A DNA stretch of 64,000 nt from an uncultured Solirubrobacteraceae bacterium (lineage in GTDB: Bacteria; Actinomycetota; Thermoleophilia; Solirubrobacterales; Solirubrobacteraceae). The DNA lies in the NCBI GenBank assembly GCA_963727785.1, contig CAVSHS010000018.1, positions 17,439-81,438 on the forward strand, in the 5' to 3' direction. Each line of letters opens with the position of its first letter. The first letter of the stretch is position 1. Below the pieces are notes generated by a model. That model was not told the DNA's origin. It worked only from the letters and a program-made list of their open reading frames with translations, and searched no databases. The translations under genes and the position numbers were made by a program. Positions 30,183-43,787 of the stretch are shown piece after piece.

Positions 30183-31624
30183 TCAGTCGCGCATCGCCGG
30201 GAACAGCACGACTTCGCGGATTGACGATCGATCGCGTAGTGCCATGACAAGCCTGTCTATACCCAGTCCGACCCCTCCAGTAGGCGGCATTCCCAGCTCG
30301 AGTGCCTCGACGAAGATCTCGTCGTACGGCGCGGCATCCTCGTCGCCCTCCGCGGCATAGCGCGCCTGCGCCTCGAAGCGCGCGCGCTGCTCGTCGGGGT
30401 CGTTGAGCTCGGTGAACGCGTTGGCGATCTCGACGCCGCCGCAGAACGCCTCCCAGCGCTCGACGAGGCCGGGCTCGGAGCGGTGCGCCTTGGCGAACGG
30501 CGACAGCTCGACGGGATAGTCCATGAGGAACGTCGGCTGCTGCAGATCGGGCTCCACGAACTTGCTCAGCAGGTCATCGACGAGCTGCGGCCACGTGCGG
30601 TCGTGCGTCGGCAGGCGATCGCCGATCGCCGCCACGAGGCTCTCGCGATCGCCGTGCTCCACGAAGTCGATGCCCGTCGCGTCGCGGATCGCGTCGCGCA
30701 GCGTGACGCGCCGCCACGGCTGCTCGAAGTCGATCGCGCCCGTCGACCCGACCTGCGCCGCGACGGACCGCACGAGCGATTCGAGGCGGTCGGCCACGTC
30801 GTTGTAGTCGGCGTAGGCCTCATAGAACTCGACCATCGTGAACTCCGGGTTGTGCTTCGTCGACAGCCCCTCGTTGCGGAAGTCCTTGCCGAGCTCGTAG
30901 ACGCGCTCCAGGCCGCCGACGATGCAGCGCTTGAGGTACAGCTCGGTGGCGATGCGCAGGTACAGGGTGCGGTCCAGCGCGTTGTGGTGCGTCGTGAACG
31001 GGCGTGCGAGCGCGCCGCCGTAGAGCGGCTGCAGGATCGGCGTCTCGACCTCGATGAAGCCGGCTTACGTCGAGGATCGCGGCGGACCGCGGTGATGACC
31101 TTCGCGCGGGCGATGAACAGCTCGCGCGCATCCTCGTTGGCCATGAGGTCGAGCTCGCGGCGGCGATAGCGCGTCTCGACGTCCTGCAGCCCGTGGTGCT
31201 TCTCGGGCGGCGGGCGCAGCGACTTCGCGAGGACGGCGAAGTCGTCGATCCGCAGCGAGATCTCGCCGCGCTTCGTGCGCAGCGCGGTGCCGTCGACGCC
31301 GATGATGTCGCCGAGGTCGACCTGCGTGAGCAGGCGCTCGTGCAGCTCCGGCCCGAGCACGTCCTGGCGCGCCTGCAGCTGCAGGCGCCCCGAGCGATCG
31401 ACGAGGTCGAGGAACGCCATCTTGCCCTGGCCGCGGCGGGCGGCGAGCCGGCCGGCGACGCGGTGGCGCACGTCGGTCTCCTCGCCGTCCTGGAGGCCGG
31501 CGTGGGCGGCGAGGACGCCGGCGATCGGCTCGACGCCGGGGAACTCGTGCGGGAAGGGATCGACGCCGTCGGCGCGCAGCCTGTCGAGCTTCGCGCGCCT
31601 GACGGCGAGCAACTCGTCAGTCAT
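30183..31624 (-). CDS. lysS: lysine--tRNA ligase (class II), two apparent single-base insertions about 31062-31066 and 31078-31080
   Basis: N-part (OB fold, ...ELFIARAKVITAVRR) passes through a short segment ILDV to the third frame GFIEVETPILQPLYGGALARPF...NPEFTMVEFYEAY...GMPPTGGVGLGIDRLVM. There is an in-frame TAA if left unrepaired. Span is 1442 nt (3n+2). Confidence 0.88.
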
Positions 31625-31635
31625 GGCGGTCGACT

Positions 31636-32115
31636 CTAGAGCCCGACGTCGATCTTCGTGATCTTGTACTTGATCGTCCGGCCGTTGGGCAGCGGGACGT
31701 CGACGACGTCGTTGCGCCTGCGGCCGAGCAGCGCCTTGCCGACGGGCGACTCGTAGGACAGCCGCTCGGGCGGCTTGGCCTCCGGCGAGCCGACGATCGT
31801 GAACTTCTGCGTCTTGCCGCTCGCCTCGTCCTTGACGTTGACGACGGAGCCGACCTGGACGACGTCGGTCGAAACGTCCTTGGCGTCGATGACGGACGCG
31901 GAGCGCAGGCGCTCCTCGACCTGGGCGATGCGGGCCTCGAGCATCGCCTGCTCGTTCTTGGCGTCGTCGTACTCGGAGTTCTCCGAGATGTCCCCGAACT
32001 CGCGCGCCTCCTTGATGCGCTGCGCGACCTCACGGCGCTTTTCGCCCTGCAGATGAGCAAGCTCGGTCTTGAGCTTCTCGAGTCCGTCGGCAGTGAGGAT
32101 GACGTCTTTGGGCAT
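31636..32115 (-). CDS. greA: transcription elongation factor GreA
   Basis: Text LTADGLEKLKTELAHLQGEKRREVAQRIKEAREFGDISENSEYDDAK... is canonical GreA. Confidence 0.95.
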   Translation of the reverse strand: MPKDVILTADGLEKLKTELAHLQGEKRREVAQRIKEAREFGDISENSEYDDAKNEQAMLEARIAQVEERLRSASVIDAKDVSTDVVQVGSVVNVKDEASGKTQKFTIVGSPEAKPPERLSYESPVGKALLGRRRNDVVDVPLPNGRTIKYKITKIDVGL

Positions 32116-32127
32116 GGTGTTCGTGAG

Positions 32128-32152
32128 ACAGAAAACCCGCCAATTGGCGGGG
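32128..32152 (-). terminator. intrinsic-terminator-like hairpin CCCGCC-AATT-GGCGGG followed by UUUUCUGUCUC, 20 nt upstream of the greA start codon
   Basis: Seen directly. The 16-nt perfect palindrome is at 32136-32151 and the U tract on the - strand corresponds to 32131-32135. It lies in the 84-nt dus-greA spacer. Confidence 0.6.
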
Positions 32153-32199
32153 CGCAGCGGCGGATTTCTCCGCAGGCGACGCCGCAGGATAGCAACCCG

Positions 32200-33211
<1,012 letters not shown>

Positions 33212-33254
33212 GGTAGGGCCGGCGCTCGTGACGCCGCGCGGCGTCCGCTCGCCC

Positions 33255-34019
33255 TCAGGCGTTGCGTTCGTAGAGCAGGCGCAGGCCGGTCAGCGTCAGC
33301 AGGTCGTCGACGTCGTCGATCAGCTCGGTGAACGGGACGATCGCGCCGGCGAGCCCGCCCGTGGCGATGACGTCGGTCTCGTCGCCGAGCTCGTCGAGCA
33401 GCCGCCGCAGGATGCCGTCGATCGCGCCCGCGAAGCCGTAGATGACGCCCGAGCGGATCGCGTCGACCGTCGACTTGCCGATGACCGCGCGCGGCGGCAG
33501 CAGGTCGACCGACGGCAGCGCGGCGCCGCGCGACGTCAACGCGGCGAGCGAGATCTCCACGCCGGGAACCAGCACGCCGCCGAGGAAGTCGCCCTCGGGG
33601 CCGACGATGTCGAAGTTCACCGACGTGCCGAAGTCGACGCAGATCGCCGGTCCGCCGAAGCGCTCGCGGATCGCGACGGCGTTGGCGAGCCGGTCGGCGC
33701 CGATCTCGCGCGGGTTGTCGTAGCGCAGCGCCATGCCGGTCTTCAGGCCCGGCCCGACGTTGAGCATCGTGTGGCCGAGGTAGCGCTCGCCCATCGCCAG
33801 CCACTGCGGCGCGAGCGACGGCACCGTCGAGGAGACGATCGAGGCGCTGATGTCGGCCAGGCCGATGCCGCGCAGCTCGAGCAGGTTGCGCAGCACCGCG
33901 CCGATCTCGTCCGCGGTCGAGTCGGTGATGGTCGCAAAGCGCCAGTGCTCGACGAGCTCGCCGTCCTTGAACGTGCCGAAATGCGTCTGCGTGTTGCCGA
34001 CGTCGACGGCCAGGAGCAT
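33255..34019 (-). CDS. coaX: type III pantothenate kinase
   Basis: Text MLLAVDVGNTQTHFG...NPREIGADRLANAVA...ICVDFGTSVNFD...ATGGLA is diagnostic for CoaX. An alternative GTG start is at 34025. Confidence 0.92.
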   Translation of the reverse strand: MLLAVDVGNTQTHFGTFKDGELVEHWRFATITDSTADEIGAVLRNLLELRGIGLADISASIVSSTVPSLAPQWLAMGERYLGHTMLNVGPGLKTGMALRYDNPREIGADRLANAVAIRERFGGPAICVDFGTSVNFDIVGPEGDFLGGVLVPGVEISLAALTSRGAALPSVDLLPPRAVIGKSTVDAIRSGVIYGFAGAIDGILRRLLDELGDETDVIATGGLAGAIVPFTELIDDVDDLLTLTGLRLLYERNA

Positions 34020-34045
34020 GCCCACGACTCTATGCTGTCGCGCGC

Positions 34046-34793
34046 GTGCACAAGCTCTACGTGGTCCACTCCTCGCACCCCTGCGAGACCGTCAAGAAGG
34101 CGCTCGAGCTCAAGGGCATTCCGTACAGGACGGTCGAGATGCTGATGCCCACGCAGGCACCGCTGCAGATGCTGCGCTTCCGCCACCGCACGGTGCCCGC
34201 CCTGAAGCTCGACGGCGGCGAGAAGATCAGCGGCTCGCGCGCGATCCTGCGGCGGCTCGACGAGCTCGTCGCCCGACCCGCCGCTGCTGCCGGCCGACGG
34301 CGCCGCGCGCGCCGCGGCGCTCGACGCCGAGCGCTGGGGCGAGGAGGTCCTGCAGCCGCTCGCGCGGCGCCTCGTCTGGGCGGCGCTGAAGCGCCGGCCG
34401 GGCGCGATCCCGAGCTTCCAGGAGGCCTCGCAGCTGCCGCAGCTGCCGCGCCCCGTCGTGCGGCTCGTCGCGCCGGGCGTCATCGCGATCGAGCGGGCGA
34501 TGAACCGCGCCGCGGACGACACGGTGCGCGCCGACCTGCGCGAGCTGCCCGGGCACCTGGACCGCATCGACGACTGGATCCTCGACGGCGTGCTCGCCGG
34601 CGCGAAGGAGCCCAACGCCGCCGACCTGCAGATCGGTGCCTCGCTGCGGCTGCTGTCGACGCTCGCCGACGTCCGCCCGCTGCTCGCCGGCCGGCCGGGC
34701 GACGCCCTCGCGGCCGCGCTCTTTGCGGACTTCCCCGGCGACGTGCCGGCGGGCGCCTACCCGGCGGACTGGCTGCCGGTCGCGCGCTCCTGA
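34046..34793 (+). CDS. glutathione S-transferase/glutaredoxin-like protein, apparent +1 frameshift at about 34271
   Basis: Thioredoxin-fold N-part (SHPCETVKKALELKGIPYRTVEM...VPALKLDGGEKISGSRAILRRLDELV) continues in the next frame as PDPPLLPADGAARAAALDAERWGEEVLQ... Span is 748 nt (3n+1). Confidence 0.75.
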
Positions 34794-35558
34794 AGGCTGC
34801 GCGCGCGCTTGGCCAGCTCGACGGTCGCGGGGCGCACGTCGGCGGCCTTCGCCAGCGGCTCGTCGAACAGCACGCGGGCGGCGGCGGACTGCCCGGCGCC
34901 GGTGCAGCTCAGGTCGATCCCGTAGCGGTCGATGCCGGTGCAGACCGCGGCGACGGCGCCGCGGGCACCGCCGAGCTCGCGTGCGATCGCGAGCAGGGCA
35001 TCGGCGTGGTCTGCGTTGAGGTGCGCGACCGACTTCGCGGCGATCGGCGCCGTCGGGTCGGGCTCGGCGGCGCGGTAGTCCTCGCGCGAGATCGTGTCCA
35101 TGACGGCGAAGCCGCCGACCCAGCGCACGCGCTCGACCTCGAGCACCCACAGCGTGAAGTCGTCCCATCCCGCGTAGAGCATCGCGCCGGGGATCGCCGC
35201 GACGTGCGCTGTCGAGCGCCTGCTCGGCGCGCTCGCCCTGCGGCTGCACGGCGCGCCCGGCGAGCGTGATGCGGGGCCGGTCGAGCGGGTCGCCCGGGGC
35301 CGACGGGTCGTTGAGCGCGAGGCTCGCGCGGGGATCGCTCTTGAGGTTGCGGCCGTGCTCGGCCATCGTCGAGACGAGCAGCACGGGGTCACCGTCGGCC
35401 GTGGGGCCGTAGACGACGAGCGAGCACCAGGGGGCGCCGTCCTCGCCGACCGTCGCCAGGTATCCGACCGTCATCGAGGAGACGAGCGTGCGCGCCTCCT
35501 CGGCTGGGCTGCGACGGCGCGCGCTCGCTTCGGTCTCGCGACTGCTCGTCGCGCTCAT
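34757..35558 (-). CDS. PNPOx-like split-barrel plus DUF2470-like protein (HugZ/HutZ-type heme-utilisation-like), apparent +1 frameshift about 35208-35212
   Basis: N-part ARTLVSSMTVGYLATVGEDGAPWCSLVVY...LLVSTMAEHGRNL joins the C-part ...AIPGAMLYAGWDDFTLWVLEVERVRWVGGF...VAHLNADHADALLAIAREL. Span is 802 nt (3n+1). Confidence 0.75.
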
Positions 35559-36101
35559 GTCGTGTCCGCTCACGGATGGAAGGCTAGATGGTCGATCGCG
35601 CACGATCGAGAGCGGCGGACCGGCGCGGCGCACGCCCTCGCCGACCGGCAGCGCGGCGAGCGCGTCGGCGAGCCGATCGCCCGACGGGGTCGCGAGCGCG
35701 AAGTCCAGCTCGAGCAGCGGGATCAGGACGAAGCGCCGCGCCAGCACCTGCTCGTGCGGGAGCGTCAGGCGGTCGGACCGATGCTCGAGCTCGCCGAGCA
35801 GCAGCACGTCGACGTCGATCGGGCGCGGGCCGTGACGCGGGCCGCCGTCCGCGCGGCCGAGCTCGCGCTCGACGGCCTTGCACGCGTCGAGCAGCGCCTC
35901 CGCGAGGAGCTCGGTCTCCACGCGGACGCACGCGTTGAGGAACTCCGGCTGGTCGAGGATCTCCCCGACCGGGTCGGTGTCGTACGTCGACGAGCTCGCC
36001 ACGACCGTGACGCCGTGGCCGGGAAGCGCATCGACCGCGGCCTGGAGGTTCGCGCGGCGGTCGCCGACGTTCGAGCCGAGCCCGAGATAGCCAGTCCGCA
36101 T
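35559..36101 (-). CDS. folK: 2-amino-4-hydroxy-6-hydroxymethyldihydropteridine diphosphokinase; no in-frame stop before the next gene
   Basis: ATG at 36101. Text YLGLGSNVGDR...YDTDPVG...DQPEFLNACV...GPRPIDVDVLL...LTLPHEQVLARRFVLIPLLEL is diagnostic for FolK. The frame runs straight into the ATG at 35558, so the 3' end is undefined. Confidence 0.8.
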
Positions 36102-36109
36102 GCGCGACG

Positions 36110-36559
36110 TCAGTCGTCCGGCTCCGCCAGCTCCCGCCACACCTCGACCGACACGTCCTCCACCGGCAGCGCGATCGGCGGCTCGGGCTTGGAGGCCTTG
36201 ACCGACACGGCCTGGGCGTCGAAGTCCTTCAGCAGCCGGTCGGCGACCGCCGCGCACAGCCGCTCGAGCGTCTTGTCGGAGCGCTGCGTGGCCACGAGCG
36301 CCGCGACCTCGCAGACGCGCGCGTAGTCGATCGTGTCCTCGAGGCGGTCGGTGACGGTCGCGTCGGACTCGCCGAGGTCGAGCCGGATGTCGAGGATCAG
36401 CCGCTGGCCGACCTCGCGCTCGGCCGCCGTCACGCCGTGATGGGTGAAGAGCGACAGGCCGTTGACCTCGACGGTCACGACGGTCTGGACGTCCTCGTCG
36501 TCGCTGTCGAAGTCGTCGTCTAGCCCTTCGTCTTCGATGTCGTCTTCGCCGGGAGCCAT
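36110..36559 (-). CDS. folB: dihydroneopterin aldolase with an acidic N-terminal extension
   Basis: Text VEVNGLSLFTHHGVTAAEREVGQRLILDIRLDL...DTIDYARVCEVAALVATQRSDKTLERLCAAVADRL fits FolB. The start choice (ATG at 36559) is tentative. Confidence 0.8.
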   Translation of the reverse strand: MAPGEDDIEDEGLDDDFDSDDEDVQTVVTVEVNGLSLFTHHGVTAAEREVGQRLILDIRLDLGESDATVTDRLEDTIDYARVCEVAALVATQRSDKTLERLCAAVADRLLKDFDAQAVSVKASKPEPPIALPVEDVSVEVWRELAEPDD

Positions 36560-37366
36560 TTCCCGCGCAACGTAGCAGCCGCCACGAGCAGGGCATCGCG
36601 CGCCTGCGCGACGTCGTGCACGCGGAACACGCGCGCGCCGCGCTCGAGCGCGAGCACGTTCGTCGCGATCGTTCCAGGCACGCGCTCGCCCGGCGTCGCG
36701 CCCGGCGATCGTGCCGAGAAACGACTTGCGCGACGTGCCGACGACGACCGGCCGGCCGAGCGCGACGATCTCGTCCAGCCGGGCGAGCAGCTCGAGGTTG
36801 TGGTCGATCGTCTTGCCGAAGCCGATCCCGGGATCGAGCCAGACGCGCTGCTCGGAGATCCCGGCGCCGACGGCGACCTCCAGGCGCTGCGCGAGGAACG
36901 CCTTGACGTCGTCGACGACGTCGTCGTAGCGCGGATCGCGCTGCATCGTGCGCGGCTCGCCGAGCATGTGCATGAGGCAGACGTCGCAGCCGCGCTGCGC
37001 GACGAGCGCCGCCATCGCCGGATCGCCGCGCAGCGCGGTGACGTCGTTGACGACCGTCGCACCGGCGTCGATCGCGGCGGCCGCGACCGCGGCCTTCGAG
37101 GTGTCGATCGACAGGCGCGCGCCGGCGCCCGCGAGTCCCTCGAGCACCGGCACGACGCGGCGCAGCTCCTCGGCCTCGGTCACCGGCTGCGCGCCCGGCC
37201 GCGTGGACTCGCCGCCGATGTCGAGGATCGCCGCGCCCTGCGCGACGAGGTCGCGACCATGCGCGATCGCCGCGCGCGGGTCGAGCCACTCGCCGCCGTC
37301 GGAGAACGAGTCCGGCGTCACGTTGACGACCCCCATGACGATCGGGTCGGGGACGTCCGCGCGCAT
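36520..37366 (-). CDS. folP: dihydropteroate synthase, apparent +1 frameshift about 36689-36691
   Basis: Text IVMGVVNVTPDSFSDGG...ILDIGGESTRPGA...DPGIGFGKT...VVGTSRKSFLGTIAGRDAG continues in the next frame as ERVPGTIATNVLALERGARVFRVHDV. Span is 847 nt (3n+1). Confidence 0.88.
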
Positions 37367-37409
37367 GCGCGCAGAGGCTACGTCGTCGCGACGAGCCCGC
37401 GGGCGTGTA

Positions 37410-39383
<1,974 letters not shown>

Positions 39384-39498
39384 GTGTATGCGAAAACCCG
39401 GTCGATCACTGAACGGCCAGCCTAGCAGGGGTACGAGTGCTCTCCGCTAGGTCGGATCAGCCATCGTCACCCACCCCTCGTGCCCCTGTATCGGCACT

Positions 39499-40033
39499 TC
39501 AGGGCTTGGTCTCAAGTGCCGCGACGTAGGGCAGGTTGCGATAGCGCTCGACGTGATCGAGGCCGTAGCCCACGACGAAGCGGTTGGGAATCTCGAAGCC
39601 GACGTAGCGCGGCTCGAGCGCGACCTTCAGCCGCGCGGGCTTCGTCAGCAGCGCGCAGACCTCCATCGAGGCCGGGTTGCGAGCGCCGAGGTTGCGCAAC
39701 AGATATTGCAGCGTGAGGCCGGAGTCGACGATGTCCTCGACGATCAGCACGTGGCGCCCCTCGAGCGCGACGTCGAGGTCCTTGAGGATCCGCACGACGC
39801 CCGGAGGAGTCCGTCGCCGAGCCGTAGCTGGCGACGGCCATGAAGTCCAGCTCGCAGGGCACGGCGATGTGGCGCATGAGGTCTGAGAGGAAGAAGACGG
39901 CGCCTTTGAGGACCCCGACGAGCAGCAGGTCGCGGCCCTCGTAGTCGGCCGTGATCTGGGCGCCGAGCTCGCGGACGCGACGCGCGAGGTCATCGGGTTG
40001 GACGAGGATCTCGCCGACGGCGTCGTCGCGCAT
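39499..40033 (-). CDS. hpt: hypoxanthine phosphoribosyltransferase, apparent +1 frameshift about 39800-39802
   Basis: Text [21 protein letters not shown]...[16 protein letters not shown] continues in the next frame as [30 protein letters not shown] (PRPP motif). Span is 535 nt (3n+1). Confidence 0.88.
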
Positions 40034-40124
40034 GCGAGCCGGAGTGTAGGCGGGGCAGCGGGCGCCACGACCTAGCCCGGACGATCAGCCCACGTCGTGG
40101 CGCGGAACGCGCGCGAACGCCCTG

Positions 40125-41098
40125 TCACGCGGGTTGCTGCGGCTGATGCGCGGGCGCGGGCGCCGGCGCCGAGCGCCCCGGCGGCGTCGGCTCGACGCGC
40201 AGCACGCCGGCGTGCACGATCGCGCGCGCGCCGTCGCCGAGGTCGAGCGCGCCATCGCCGAGCGCGAGGATCTCGCCGAGCCGGCCGGGCGCGCGGGCGC
40301 ACAGGCGGCCCGCCGCGCCCTCGGCCAGCCGCCGCACCACGAGCCGCGCAAGCGCCGGCGGCAGCGCGCCGAGGTGCGCGACCGCGATGTGGTCGCGACC
40401 GGCGAGCGCCGTGTCGACGACCTCGTCGAGCACGGCCGCCTCGTCGCGCAGCAGCTCCGCGGTGCGCACGACGTTGCGCTCCGCCGACGGGTGCAGCTCG
40501 CGCAGCGCGGGCACGAGTCCCGCGCGGGCGCGGTTGCGGGCGAAGGCGGGATCGTCGTTGGATGCGTCCTCGCGCCAGCGCAGGCCGCGCGCCGTGCAGT
40601 GCGCCGCGGTCTCCTCGCGCGTCACTCGGAGCAGCGGGCGCACGAGCAGCCCGTCGTGCTCGGACATCCCGAGCAGCGCGCGGCGCCCCGGCGACGCGGC
40701 CAGCCGGTAGAGGACCGTCTCGACCTGATCGCTCGCGGTATGTCCGGTCGCCAGCCGGCGCGCCGTGCGGGAGCGCGAGCGCCAGCCGCGCACCGGCGCT
40801 CAGCCGCACGTCGCGCGCCCAGGCCTGCAGGTTGCCGGCGTCGGCCGGGCGCTGCGCGGCCTGCACCTCGAGTCGCGACGCCGAGCCGATCGCAGAGCGC
40901 GCGGCAGAACGCCTCGTCGTCGGCGGCGGCGTCGCGCAGGCCGTAGTTGACGTGCAGCGCGCGCACGGCGCCGGCTCCCGCCAGCCGCACGGCGACGTCG
41001 AGCAGGCAGACCGAGTCGCGGCCCCCGGACAGCAGGACGACGACGGGCTTCCCGGCGGCCAGCAGACCGGTCGCGCGGACGCGGTCGATCAGGTCCAT
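40125..41098 (-). CDS. tilS: tRNA(Ile)-lysidine synthase, two apparent +1 frameshifts (about 40874-40876 and about 40757-40764)
   Basis: PP-loop VVVLLSGGRDSVCLL. Then LEVQAAQRPADAGNLQAWARDVR in a second frame, then LATGHTASDQVETVLYRLA... in a third. Span is 974 nt (3n+2). Confidence 0.85.
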
Positions 41099-41187
41099 GG
41101 GGTCGAGTCTAGGCCTGGAGCCTAGGGTCAGTCCCTAGGGATCATTCCCAATAGGCAAGGGCACCGCCCGCGCCGAGACTGCTGCGT

Positions 41188-42292
41188 ATGCAAACGTCAC
41201 CTGACACCTCCGCCCCACCGCCGTCCGATCCCGGGCCGCGCCGCCTCACCCGCTCCAGCCGCGACCGCATCATCGGCGGTGTCGCCGGCGGCATCGGACG
41301 CTACTTCGGCATCGATCCGACGCTCGTCCGGATCGGCTTCGTCGCGCTCGCGCTGCTCGGCGGCACGGGCCTGATCGTCTACGCCGCCGCGCTGCTGCTC
41401 GTCCCGCTCGACGACGAGACCGCGGGCGCTCCGCGGACGGCGCACGACCGCGGCGTGGCGATCGCCGTCGCCGTCGCGCTCATCATCGCGGCGCTCGTCT
41501 TCGGCAGCTTCGGCTTCGTCTTCGGCGGCGCGCTCATCCCGCTCGCGTTCCTCGCGCTCGCCGGTCTAGCGGTCTGGTGGTTCGTGTCCGGGCGAGCGAC
41601 CGAGCGGCAGCCCGAACGACGTCGTGCGCCGCGCCGCGCAAGGCGTCGGCCTGCTGCTCGGCTGCGCCGCGCTCGCCGTGGCGAGCTTCTTCGCCAGCGG
41701 CCTCGGCGGCGGCGTCGTCGTCGCGGGCATCGTCATCGCGGCGGGCGCCGGCCTCGTTGCAGCGGCCTTCATCGGCGGCGCGCGCTGGCTCGTCCTGCCC
41801 GCGCTGGCGATCGCGCTGCCGCTGGCCTTCGTCTCCGCGGCGGGGATCGACCTCGACGGCGGCTTCGGCGAGCGCCACGAGCATCCGGCGACGATGGCGG
41901 AGCTGCAGCAGGGCTACCGGCTCGGCGCCGGTGAGCTCATCGTCGACCTGCGCGACCTCAAGCTGCCGTCCGGCGACCATCCGCTGAAGGTCCGCATCGG
42001 CGCCGGCCACGCGCTCGTGCTCGTGCCCAGGGACGTCTGCGTCACCAGCGCCGCGACGGTCGGCATCGGCGGCGTCGCCGTCTTCGACCGCTCCGGCGGC
42101 GGGCTCGACGTGGACTGGAAGGATGGGCGCCGGGCGCCCGCCGACACCGCGCGGCTCGTGCTCGACGGCGACGTCGGGCTCGGCCTGCTCGAGGTCGCCC
42201 ACAGCCGCTCGCACTTCGACAACGACCGCGGCCCGTGGGACCGCGACAACGACCCGAGCGAACGCAACGCCGCCTGCGCGACGCCGAGCTGA
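41188..42292 (+). CDS. PspC-domain membrane protein with LiaF-like C-terminal domain, apparent +1 frameshift about 41606
   Basis: PspC text RDRIIGGVAGGIGRYFGIDPTLVRIGFVALALLGGTGLIVYAAALLLVP, several TM segments, then GELIVDLRDLKLPSGDHPLKVRIGAGHALVLVPRD...GIGGVAVFD (LiaF/DUF2154-like). Span is 1105 nt (3n+1). Confidence 0.8.
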
Positions 42293-42477
42293 TGCGCCTG
42301 CGCCGCGACATCGACCGCATGTCGCTCGTCGCGGGGCTCGTGCTCGTCGCGTTCGGCGTGGTCCTGCTGCTGGACCGCACCGGCACGCTGCGGCTGACGT
42401 TCGGAACGATGGCCCCCATGGCGTTCGGCGCCGTGGGGGCCATCCTGCTTGCCACCGGGCTGAGCCGACGAGAATGA
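42292..42477 (+). CDS. 61-aa two-TM mini membrane protein, translationally coupled on both sides
   Basis: The ATG overlaps the upstream stop (TGATG) and the stop overlaps the kinase start (ATGA). Text MRLRRDIDRMSLVAGLVLVAFGVVLLLDRTG...MAFGAVGAILLATGL. Confidence 0.65.
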   Translation: MRLRRDIDRMSLVAGLVLVAFGVVLLLDRTGTLRLTFGTMAPMAFGAVGAILLATGLSRRE

Positions 42478-43787
42478 CCGGCGAGATGGCCGCCACCCCG
42501 ACCAACCGCGCGGCGACCCCGCTGCGCGAGCTGCGGCGCGACCCCGAGAACGGCATGATCGCCGGCGTCTGCGAGGGGATCGGCAAGCGCCTGGACATCG
42601 ATCCGCTGCTGCTGCGGATCGTCTTCGGCGCGACGACGCTCGCGAGCGGCCTGGGCCTCGTCGCGTACCTCCTCGCGTGGTGGCTGCTGCCCGTCGAGGG
42701 CGCCGAGCAGGCGACGGCCATCGCCGCCGGCGAGCGGCGCGGCGCGCGCAACAAGCGCGCCGCGCTCGAGGTCGGCTTCGGCGTCGGCTTCCTCGTCGTC
42801 GCGATCCTGCTCACGTTCCGCGAGATCGGCCTGCCGTTCTCCGATGTGCTGACCTGGCCGCTCGTGCTCGTCGCCGCGGGCGGGGCGCTGATCTGGCGCC
42901 AGTCCGTCGGCCGGCCCGGCAGCGCGCGACCGGCGGTGACCTCCACGGCCGCGTCGGCGGCGAGCGCGCCCGCGCCGCTGCAGCCGGAGGACACGGTCGG
43001 CGAGTCGGGCCCGGCCGTCATCTCGCGGATCGGGATCGGCGTGACGCTCGTCGTGACGGCGGCGCTCGTCTTCCTGCAGTTCACCGGCGCGCTCAGGGCC
43101 GCGTCCGACGTCGCGCTCGCGGCGCTCGTCGTCGCGATCGCGCTCGTCGTGATCTTCGCGCCGTTCTTCGTGCGGCTGCTGACCTCGCTGTCGATCGAGC
43201 GCGCCGAGCGGATCCGCTCGCAGGAGCGCGCCGAGGTCGCCGCGCACCTGCACGACTCGGTCCTGCAGACGCTCGCGCTCATGCAGAAGCGCGCCGACGA
43301 CCCGCGCGAGGTCGCCGCGCTCGCGCGCCGCCAGGAGCGCGAGCTGCGCACGTGGCTGAGCGGCGCGCCCGCCCGCGCCGACGGCGAGCGCTGGCTCGCG
43401 GCGGCGCTGCAGGCCGCGGCGGACGAGATCGAGCAGGCGCACGGCGTGGCGATCGACGTCGTCGCCGTCGGCGACGCGCCGCTGGACCGCGACGGCGAGG
43501 CGCTCGTCGCCGCCGCGCGCGAGGCGATGCTCAACGCGGCGAAGTTCGCCGGCGACGCGGGCGCGGTGGCGGTCTACGCGGAGGCCGGCGACGAGCGCAT
43601 GGAGGTGTTCGTCCGCGACCGCGGCCCGGGCTTCGACCCGTCCGCCGTCCCGGCCGACCGGCGCGGCGTGCGCGAGTCGATCGTCGGGCGGATGGAGCGC
43701 CACGGCGGCCGCGCGGCGATCAACGCGGCGCCGGGTGGCGGCGGCACGGAGGTCGAGCTCGTGCTCGAGCGCGGCGAGGCGTCATGA
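42474..43787 (+). CDS. sensor histidine kinase with N-terminal PspC domain (HisKA_3/NarL-LiaS type)
   Basis: PspC text ENGMIAGVCEGIGKRLDIDPLLLRIVFGATTLASGLGLVAYLLAWWLLP. TM segments. H-box AAHLHDSVLQTL. ATPase text MLNAAKFAG...VRDRGPGF. Confidence 0.88.
   Translation: MTGEMAATPTNRAATPLRELRRDPENGMIAGVCEGIGKRLDIDPLLLRIVFGATTLASGLGLVAYLLAWWLLPVEGAEQATAIAAGERRGARNKRAALEVGFGVGFLVVAILLTFREIGLPFSDVLTWPLVLVAAGGALIWRQSVGRPGSARPAVTSTAASAASAPAPLQPEDTVGESGPAVISRIGIGVTLVVTAALVFLQFTGALRAASDVALAALVVAIALVVIFAPFFVRLLTSLSIERAERIRSQERAEVAAHLHDSVLQTLALMQKRADDPREVAALARRQERELRTWLSGAPARADGERWLAAALQAAADEIEQAHGVAIDVVAVGDAPLDRDGEALVAAAREAMLNAAKFAGDAGAVAVYAEAGDERMEVFVRDRGPGFDPSAVPADRRGVRESIVGRMERHGGRAAINAAPGGGGTEVELVLERGEAS

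Noticed and set aside
36520-36559. The 40-nt overlap between the folP 3' end and the folB 5' end as a meaningful overlapping-gene arrangement.
   Set aside because: It depends on my choice of folB start (ATG at 36559) and on the repaired folP frame. A later folB start or another indel would remove it.
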